This document shows, piece after piece, positions 61,026-64,000 of a stretch of DNA of 64,000 nt. The DNA is from Carcharhinus longimanus (taxonomy: Eukaryota): the NCBI GenBank assembly GCA_030264375.1, contig JASCQW010000190.1, positions 25,568,497-25,632,496 on the forward strand, given 5' to 3'. The first letter of the stretch is position 1; each line of letters starts with the position of its first letter. A model generated the notes under the pieces. It had not been told where the DNA came from. It made no database searches and saw only the letters and a list, made by a program, of their open reading frames with translations. The position numbers were made by a program, and so were the translations under genes.

Positions 61026-64000
61026 TTCCGCACCTCTTTGCCATACACTAATCATCTCTCCTCTCTTTCACAGGAATATTTACGAAGCAACAGAGGCCAT
61101 TGACCAGCCAAGCCCTTTAACTCAAGACCTAAAGACATCTCAGATGACGAATCAAAGAACAAAGAACAACACAGCATGGGAAACAGGCCCTTCAGCCCAA
61201 CAAGCCCGCGCCGCCATTTTGGCATCGTGAGTCCCCTCTCCACCCATGACCCTTGTCTATGCTTATGGCATTCCACATTGGAAACCAGATTGAGGGACTC
61301 TAATNNNNNNNNNNNNNNNNNNNNNNNNNNNNNNNNNNNNNNNNNNNNNNNNNNNNNNNNNNNNNNNNNNNNNNNNNNNNNNNNNNNNNNNNNNNNNNNN
61401 NNNNATCGTGAGTCCCCTCTCCACCCATGACCATTGTCTATGCTTATGGCATTCCACATTGGAAACCAGATTGAGGGAATCTAATGATAGATTAATGGAA
61501 CACCCATCACAGCATTCACCCAAATCCCCCACCAACTCAAAAACACAAATCATGCTGAGACCTAGTTCCAGAGGAGCATCAAGAGTCACAATCTGGTGAG
61601 TACGTCACACTGTCTGAGCCACAGCAGGGACATCCCAGGGTACTGCCTCTCAGAGGATAGCCAGAGACCAGGAATCTGTTGCGTCCCAGTCAGATGAAGA
61701 GCATCTGGACTTAGCGCGAGCTCAGTTGCAAGAGCCACAAAGAGAAACTCAAACATAGAGAATGGTTGTCTGCTGCACTCCTCGGATTGTGAGGAAAGAT
61801 GGAGAAGCCTGTATTCCTTCAGACCAAGGTGAAGCCACCAAGGCCAACACTAGTAGGATGGGAGCCACCGTGGAGACCTTGGTCTAGGACGTTGGTCCTG
61901 CAATGCTGCATGAGCTGCATTCCAGTGCTGTGGCACAAGCTAGCATCAGTATAATGGGAGGGCTGAGGGGTATCTTGATCTCACTCCAGCTGCCTGTTGT
62001 CCTCAAGGAGTCAGCTAAGGACCCTTGGACACTCATAATGAGAAGAAACAGCAGCTCTATCAGCTGGGGATAACCGAATAGGTGATTGTGGTAGCGCCCA
62101 GCTACTCACAATCACCTCTTCTTGTGATCCCATTAGCTCTGCATGTCGACGGAGATGCCACTGCCACACAGCAGGACTCTGAAAGCAGAACAAGTGCTAA
62201 TCACTTGCATAAAGTGTTCTCATTATCATGTCTCCTTGTCTATAGCTCTTTGTTATAATGAGGTGAATAAGCCATGGACCCTTCCTGGGCATCGTTCACA
62301 GAACCTGTCTGATCCATTTATTATGGTCCTAGACAGGCTGAACATTCAACAAGTGGAAGCCTTTACAGTTCACATACTAGACAGCTTGTTACCAAGGAGA
62401 TCTCAGAGCCTCATGAGTGCAGTCAATAGCATCCCACACCTGTGAAAAACTGTTCAGGAGCTCTTAGTAGTGCTGTCGAGAATTTGTGTTGCCTGAATGG
62501 GCATTATGGCTTCAGAAGCCAGATTTCAAGCATGTCAATAAAGTTGATGCTGAATTGTCTCAGCTACGGAAGAATGCTGAAACTTGAAATGTTTTTCCAA
62601 ATCCATGGCCAATTTCTTCACCTTCCCCCATCATGTGCTGGTGTACTTTCTCCTATCTGTGATGCCTTACTGCCTTCCCCCCACCTGTACTGGACCCCTT
62701 GCTTGAGGCTCCCCTTGGTGCTGCCATGCAAAACCACCCCTCCTCCCCCACTCACTGGAGCCCTTGTGATGGCACTGCGCTGAAAGGCAGCTGGGAACAG
62801 GTTGCATTGGATACTTACCTGCAACCCACCCTGACCTCCCCAGAATCCGCAGCACCACTTCCTTGAATTCCTATGGGGGATCCTTACAAAAGATACGCTA
62901 AGCTCCGACTTCCCCTCAAAGACTAGGTGGCCAAGCGCATAACTCTTAAAGGCAGTTGTAAATCATAGCATTCTGAAGTCACACTAACGTGGCATTTAAA
63001 TGTAATGCTTTGAATTTAAAACTCATGAGATGTGTGGATGATCCTGACATGTGACCACAATGAAGAGGTGCTTACCTTTTAAAGTTTAGTTCCCGATGTT
63101 TGACAGCCATTGACAGGGGGAGGGAATTATTACATCCTGGATTTTTGTCATCAGGAAAGGTGGTGAGGACTTTCTCGTGAGATTCTCTGATCCCGCCACC
63201 AAACACACCATCAACATGAGGCACGTCCCGGCCTATTTATCCAGCCGTTGCCTTATTTTTCCTCAAAGAAACCATAAATACGGTCATAAAGGATGCATTT
63301 CCAGGGGGTCTGCAGCACCTGTTGCACGACTGTTTAGGAATAATTATTTTTATTGGACATTTTGCAAAATGCAAATGTTGCTAAATTTTGTAGATGCCTT
63401 TTTGACTGTGAAACAGTCAATTCATATCCACAGAGGTTAATAACACAAAAAATAAACATTTCAACATAATTAACTTAACCAATTAGAGTTTTTTATGAAT
63501 CTATGTTCTGTCTCACAAGGTCTCCAATTTCAATGTTCCCTTCAGATATCGAGTTGAGCTCATTGCTGGTTCCCCTCACCAGAAATGGGTCACTGATCAA
63601 TGTAACAATAAATTACAACTAATGGCCACAACTGATTTTTATTCTTTTTCAACATATAATTGCTGAAGTCGAGCATTGATTCCAGTAATTTTCTGTCAGG
63701 CCGACGCACAAATTCATAACATTAAATTTGATTTGTAACTGAGCTAAAAATAGAAACTAAATGTATGCGTTGGAATTGAAAGAACAGATGGTTTACCGAG
63801 TGAGATTTCTCTCGAGTTTCACACTGCTCAATTAGATCTGAATGTGGAGGCCCATTTCTATGCTCAACTAGCTGTGAAAAATTAATGTGTGATTAGAATT
63901 AGAAATAGTTGTAAAAGAGATTAGGTTTGCGAATCATAGATCCTAATGCATAATAGACATCAGTCACTGTAGCAACAGGGGCATCTTGAACTTATTTGGT

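Noticed and set aside
61224-61485. 81-bp direct repeat flanking a 100-N gap
   Set aside because: The copies abut the gap exactly and differ at two positions, which is typical of an unmerged contig or haplotype overlap.
61500-63200. GC-richer segment suggestive of a decayed large DNA transposon gene
   Set aside because: I could not read any convincing transposase or Myb/SANT motif, so it is left unannotated.
63450-64000. TAAT-rich unique sequence as a possible conserved enhancer
   Set aside because: Motif density alone is not evidence without a cross-species alignment.
1-64000. CRISPR arrays, operons or prokaryotic defence systems
   Set aside because: The sequence is eukaryotic (spliced GPCR, vertebrate SINEs and LINEs) and has no regularly spaced repeat-spacer array.

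Overview
Vertebrate genomic DNA from a cartilaginous fish (shark-type HE1/V-SINEs, Deu-domain SINEs, CR1/L2 LINEs), with many N gaps. The only host protein-coding gene I can support is a two-coding-exon thyrotropin-releasing hormone receptor of the TRHR2 type (+ strand, CDS 5193-5990 joined to 14389-14811, about 406 aa, with TM5 hidden in an in-frame N run). It has a probable upstream non-coding exon and a probable ~5 kb 3' UTR. Most of the rest is decayed transposons: V-SINEs with two different tails, DeuSINEs, CR1/L2/Rex1 LINE fragments, two Gypsy relics, Penelope-like ends and palindromic MITEs, often nested. The most unusual signals are: (1) a remodelled U2 snRNA-derived element in the presumed 3' UTR (18670-18883) that keeps stem I, IIb, the Sm region and SL III, but has its branch-point/IIa segment replaced by a new hairpin carrying an SL IV-like loop; (2) a duplicated ~205-bp cassette holding a degenerate 5S rRNA gene with a TATA box and T-run; (3) a three-level nested insertion ending in a ~28-bp micro-Penelope element. 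All family assignments come from recalled consensus sequences read by eye, not from database searches.
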